A DNA stretch of 64,000 bases, taken from contig JBELAI010000002.1 of the NCBI GenBank assembly GCA_049508975.1, positions 29,594-93,593 of the forward strand, given 5' to 3'. The notes under the pieces were generated by a model. That model was not told the DNA's origin. It did no database searches and was given only the letters and a program-made list of their open reading frames with translations. The translations under genes and the position numbers were made by a program. This document shows, in pieces, positions 59,739 through 64,000 of the stretch. Every line of letters begins with the position of its first letter. The stretch's first letter is position 1. This DNA is from Terracidiphilus sp. GTDB taxonomy: Bacteria; Acidobacteriota; Terriglobia; Terriglobales; Acidobacteriaceae.

Positions 59739-61123
59739 CGCTCCGCTTTCGTCCGTGACAATCGAAGCTGCAGCGACTGCTGCAAACCTTGGCCGATCTC
59801 ATGAACAAGTACCTTACGCGGATCGTTTACCTGCATCTGCCGCCATTGCGCCTGGAGAACAAGTAGGAAGGAGGTTATGACAACCGAAGTGGCGGAAACC
59901 AGAAGCGCTAGAAGCAGTCTCGGAGGAAACGACTTCTTTTCAGGAATTCCTGGCGCGTCGATCACGCTCACAACCGGGACATCCTTCGCTTCCTGGATGC
60001 GCGCCAATTCATACTGCTGAGTTAGTAACTCGTATACGGCTTCCTGTACCTGAACTTCGCGATAGAGGTTGGCATACGGCACAGCAAGGCGCGGCAACTG
60101 CCGCAACGGAGGATAGAGATCGCTGTTATGTTCGCTTGAAGAGCCGTCTGCGTTTGTTCCGCTCGCGTCAGCAGGAGCGTCTTTCGACGAGCCGCCAATC
60201 TTTGCAATCTCCGCCTCAAGTCCTCCGATGCGAGCCTGCGCCGAGCGCACTCGTATGTTCCCATCGCCGTACGTTTGGCGCAGCGAGTCCAAACCCGATT
60301 GCTCGATAATCAACTGCGCTTGCAGGCGCGCAGCCGCATCGACCAGTGAGCGGGCCTGCTCCTTAATATCGATGGTCGCATGCGTGCTGGAAAACTGGCT
60401 CAGCTGTTGCTGTGCTCTTTGCAAGTCGCCTTGAACACCGTTTAGCCGTTTCTCGATGAAGAGCCGTTCCTGGTGAGCTGACGATGTATTGGTGCGATTC
60501 ACCAACTGATTCAGTTCGTCAAGATACCCTTGGGCGATATCGCGAGCGCGCACCGGGTCAGTGTCCGTAACGGTCAGGGTAATAACACCACTCTTTTTAT
60601 CATCCGCAATCTTTGTGTGCCGAGCCAAAGACTTTGCGGCGTCGATGCGGTAGCGTTTGTGATAGACCTTTTGTAAATCGAAACGATCGATCAAGTGTCC
60701 GCTGACGGAGTCGCTGCGCAGCAAATCGATGAACAGTGAGGTATTACCGCCGCCGCCGAGAAATCCGCCTGCCAGCGCGCCAAGGGTGCCCAGGCTGCCA
60801 CCCGAGCGCCCCGCCAATGCCGCCAGCAATGCAGTTCCTCCCATGGAGTTACTTGCTGGCATAATGCGCGCGCCCGACTGATACTGCTTGGGCAACAGGA
60901 AAGCAATGGCGAGCGCAAGCACCAACGAGATGCCCGCGGTGCGAGCCAGAATGCGCCGCTTCCGCCAGAGCAGGGAGGTGTTTGCAATCCAGTTGGGAGT
61001 TGCGTCTGTTTCGCTGCCGGCGCTTGTCACAAAGGAATTCATTTCCTCTTCCGCATCGGTACGGTCGTTGCTATTCAATCGCTCTTCAGGCGATATAGCT
61101 TGTGAACCCAGGTATGCGTTCAT
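59735..61123 (-). CDS. Wzz/GumC polysaccharide co-polymerase (chain-length determinant, no kinase domain)
   Basis: Two TM flanking coiled coil; LLTQQYELARIQEAKD, PEKKSFPPR; ATGA overlaps at both ends. Confidence 0.85.
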   Translation of the reverse strand: MNAYLGSQAISPEERLNSNDRTDAEEEMNSFVTSAGSETDATPNWIANTSLLWRKRRILARTAGISLVLALAIAFLLPKQYQSGARIMPASNSMGGTALLAALAGRSGGSLGTLGALAGGFLGGGGNTSLFIDLLRSDSVSGHLIDRFDLQKVYHKRYRIDAAKSLARHTKIADDKKSGVITLTVTDTDPVRARDIAQGYLDELNQLVNRTNTSSAHQERLFIEKRLNGVQGDLQRAQQQLSQFSSTHATIDIKEQARSLVDAAARLQAQLIIEQSGLDSLRQTYGDGNIRVRSAQARIGGLEAEIAKIGGSSKDAPADASGTNADGSSSEHNSDLYPPLRQLPRLAVPYANLYREVQVQEAVYELLTQQYELARIQEAKDVPVVSVIDAPGIPEKKSFPPRLLLALLVSATSVVITSFLLVLQAQWRQMQVNDPRKVLVHEIGQGLQQSLQLRLSRTKAER

Positions 61124-64000
61124 AGCAAACCTGCGACGGCTGCGGTTATGGCGATGGATGAGCTGAACTGCGCCACGGTCAGCAGATTGCGCCAAAAAAG
61201 CGAAGATCCAATAATCTTTTGGGGCACCACGACCACGTCGCCAGGCTCGAGCCGCGTTTCAAGCACATGATGGTCAAGCCAGGAACCTGAACCGCGACCG
61301 ACAACGTCTCCGTTCGCGCGAATGATGAATATGTCGCCCTTGTTGGCAATCTCAGTCGGCCCGCCAGCGCGGCGTAGGTACCATGCTGCCGTTTGGTTGG
61401 GCTCAAACGTGATAGCCGAGGTGTTATAGACCTGCCCGCTAACCAAAACAAACGCGGGCTGCTTGGGGATACGAAGAACATCGCCCGCGCGGAGTTCGAT
61501 ATCGTCGGAAGTATTTTGCCATTTCTGAATGTCGCTACCGATGTGGATGACCAGGCGGCCGGTCACCGGCGCGCTCTTCAGTCGCGCCACTACCTCTCGC
61601 TGTTGTTGCGCGATCAGTTGTACTGTCGCCGATTGATCGGTGGAGCCGAGGCTGGGACTGATGGTTGCAGCGGTGGAACTTGTTTCGATTTGCCGAATCA
61701 GTTCTTCGCGGCTCTTCTCCTCAAGTTTGCGCACTTCTTCTCGAAGCAACACCGCGCCCGCCGGATAGCTTGTGACGCGGAACCCCCCGGCGCGGCGAAG
61801 AATGGAACTCAGCCGCTCGCCCTGTTGGATGCCGTAGTCGCCAGGATGAGCGACCTCGCCCTCAATTGTGATGGACGCGCCAATGTCGTCCCAGCCGGTC
61901 ATCTGATGCACGGTGAGCACATCGCCTGGCTTCAGGGGCACATCCGCTTTGTCGTCGTGACGATTGACCGCATCGCCAATACGAATCGATGTTCGGTCAC
62001 TGACTACGGTGGAACCGCTTGTGATTTGATAACTCGTCAAGTCCGCGGTCTCCAGCAGCGCATCGCGCTTGAAGCCGCCTGCCATCCGCACAAGCTGGGC
62101 TGCGGTCATACCTACTGAGAGCGCGTACGATCCGGGCCTCAACACTTCGCCGCCCACTTTGACTCGCGGAGCATCGGCCTCGTAGCGGCCGTAGATATGA
62201 ATGGTGTCGAACGGTTGCAGGGCAATGTTGTTATTGCCGATCAGCACATCGGGGACATTGAACTCGATGGTCTCCGGATGCAAGTCCGGGGGGATGAGGC
62301 GAATAATAGCTCCCTTATCCGCGGGCTCAGGCAGCAGGTCTTGATAACTGTGCAACACATCCCCCAGGCGCATTCCGTCGCGATACGATACGCGACCAGG
62401 TCGAACCACATGTCCCTCCATGTAGAGGACGCGCTGGCTATAGGGCAAAATGGGCGACACATGGACACGATCGCCGTCATAGATTGGAAAGGATGCAATG
62501 GCCGCGCGCGCACTTGCCGGACTGCTGGCTGCGGGCAGGTCGAGGCTGACCGTCTCCCGCTGTTGATTCGCGTCGATGCGGTCGATTTCAATGTGGCCCA
62601 ACTCCGCGGCAACCGTTGCTCCCCCCGCATCCTCGAGAACCGCTTCGAGTGTGGAGTTATCCTTCAATTCGTAAATTGCCGGACGCTTTACGGCGCCATA
62701 AACGGCAATCTGGGGGCCTGCGGGAGGCACTAGCACGGTATCGCCGGCCTGAAGGCGATCTTCAATTTGCACGCCGTGAAGAAGGAAATCGTACAAGTCG
62801 ATTTCGCCGACTAACTGCTTGCCGCGGAGGTGCTTTAATATGCGCAGAGATCCGACGCCCGTAGGCCCGCCTGCGGCGTAAAGCGCATTCAAGGATGTTG
62901 CGAGGGAACTCAGGTCGTAGGCGCCGGGTCTTTGCACATCGCCCACCACGTAAACGCGAATGCTACGGAAATGGGCCACCGTTACCGCAACCTGCAGTTC
63001 ACGATATTGCGACTTGAGCGCCGCGGCGATAACTCCCTGCACGCGCTCCAGCGTTAGTCCGGCTACCTGCGCTGCGCCGGCCTCGGGGAGCGCGATGCGG
63101 CCCTCGCGGTCTATTTCGCGCGTTAGGGTTTGCGATATTCCGCCCCAAAGATCTATGGATAAGGTGTCGCCTGGCCCAACCACGTATTCGGGTCCCGCTG
63201 GAACGTCGAGTGGAGTCTCACGCACGTTGGGGGCAATCTGGTTCATCGCGAAACCGTCGCGGCGGAGAAAGACTTCGGACCCAAATCGCCTCAGCTGTCC
63301 AGCCTGTTCGGGTAGTTGCGAATACACATCGCGCAACGATCGCAAATTGTACGGAGTGGGCAGGTGCAAAACCTGCGGCACGCTGGTGGTGTTCCTTGCC
63401 TGATTGGCGGACTGATCGCCCGTGGGCGTGCGCGCACGGTTGGCGCCGGTAGTTCCAAATCCAGATGCACCGTTCATGCCGGCGTAGTTTTGTCCATATG
63501 CGCTATAGACCAGAGGATTGACCAGCGGGCCCTGCTGTCCTGACATTGAGCCGTTCATCTGAGATAGTGAAAGACTATTGTTGTCGCTATTACCACTGGC
63601 ATAACTCTGCAGGTCTGCATCTGTCACATATCCCCTGGCGCGGAGAAAGGTCGTAATGTTCGCTCGAAGTTCCTGGCTTGAAGCAATCCTGTTGTACAGC
63701 ATCTCGTCCGTGATGTCATCCGCCTGGATCGGAGTGCCCTGTTGTGTTGCCAGGTTTGAAATGAGCGATTTCAACTCAACGGACGCGTCCGGCTGTTCTT
63801 GCAGAATGGCGAAAATCTGATCGGCAGAGAGTGCTCCAGGCGCGTTGAGGTTCTGAAGAACGCCAGTCCCGCCAGCTGTTCCGGTTCCCAGGCCAGTCGT
63901 GATTTGCGGGTTCGCACCGGACCCGTCGTCCGTTCCAGTCTGGGAGTTCTGCGACTGACCGGACGCACTCGCGTCTGGAGTTGGAATTGATAGAGCGGAT
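61120..64000 (-). CDS. Multi-SLBB polysaccharide export protein (Wza/KpsD-like), 5' end outside window
   Basis: YVVGPGD, VGDVQRPGAY, repeated G.V.RP SLBB units; frame stays open upstream of 63774 to the window edge. Confidence 0.9.
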   Translation of the reverse strand, partial: SALSIPTPDASASGQSQNSQTGTDDGSGANPQITTGLGTGTAGGTGVLQNLNAPGALSADQIFAILQEQPDASVELKSLISNLATQQGTPIQADDITDEMLYNRIASSQELRANITTFLRARGYVTDADLQSYASGNSDNNSLSLSQMNGSMSGQQGPLVNPLVYSAYGQNYAGMNGASGFGTTGANRARTPTGDQSANQARNTTSVPQVLHLPTPYNLRSLRDVYSQLPEQAGQLRRFGSEVFLRRDGFAMNQIAPNVRETPLDVPAGPEYVVGPGDTLSIDLWGGISQTLTREIDREGRIALPEAGAAQVAGLTLERVQGVIAAALKSQYRELQVAVTVAHFRSIRVYVVGDVQRPGAYDLSSLATSLNALYAAGGPTGVGSLRILKHLRGKQLVGEIDLYDFLLHGVQIEDRLQAGDTVLVPPAGPQIAVYGAVKRPAIYELKDNSTLEAVLEDAGGATVAAELGHIEIDRIDANQQRETVSLDLPAASSPASARAAIASFPIYDGDRVHVSPILPYSQRVLYMEGHVVRPGRVSYRDGMRLGDVLHSYQDLLPEPADKGAIIRLIPPDLHPETIEFNVPDVLIGNNNIALQPFDTIHIYGRYEADAPRVKVGGEVLRPGSYALSVGMTAAQLVRMAGGFKRDALLETADLTSYQITSGSTVVSDRTSIRIGDAVNRHDDKADVPLKPGDVLTVHQMTGWDDIGASITIEGEVAHPGDYGIQQGERLSSILRRAGGFRVTSYPAGAVLLREEVRKLEEKSREELIRQIETSSTAATISPSLGSTDQSATVQLIAQQQREVVARLKSAPVTGRLVIHIGSDIQKWQNTSDDIELRAGDVLRIPKQPAFVLVSGQVYNTSAITFEPNQTAAWYLRRAGGPTEIANKGDIFIIRANGDVVGRGSGSWLDHHVLETRLEPGDVVVVPQKIIGSSLFWRNLLTVAQFSSSIAITAAVAGLL

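Noticed and set aside
63771-63968. Separate 65-aa ORF or frameshift upstream of the SLBB gene
   Set aside because: The SLBB frame is itself open to the window edge (…LSADQIFAILQEQPDASVELKSL…).

Overview
A 64-kb GC-rich bacterial window whose gene families (Oar-like TonB-dependent receptors, PQQ-like propeller protein, ECF/STK pair) point to an Acidobacteriota (Acidobacteriaceae-like) genome. From left to right it has seven blocks. (1) Small genes and gene relics (1-1.8 kb). (2) A ~23-kb galactosamine/GalNAc/alpha-galactoside utilization locus (2.0-25.4 kb): GH109, GH36, DUF4832, CBM9-like, Tat amidohydrolase, TBDT, MFS, two AgaS paralogs with duplicated promoters, NagB/AgaI-like, PfkB kinase, AgaZ without AgaY, AgaR. 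(3) An intact ISAs1 element with 16-bp TIRs and a 10-bp target duplication. (4) A tripartite RND efflux operon. (5) A phosphorylation-type ECF sigma plus TPR Ser/Thr kinase, divergent from a secreted G1 glutamic-peptidase-like/tectonin-repeat protein. (6) A YncE-propeller phosphoesterase divergent from TBDT-CusR/CusS-like genes, with two CusR-type boxes between them. (7) Beta-helix and DUF362 genes, then the distal part of a Wzx/Wzy exopolysaccharide operon. I recognised no rRNA, tRNA or CRISPR array. All family calls are from motif recognition by eye, not database searches.
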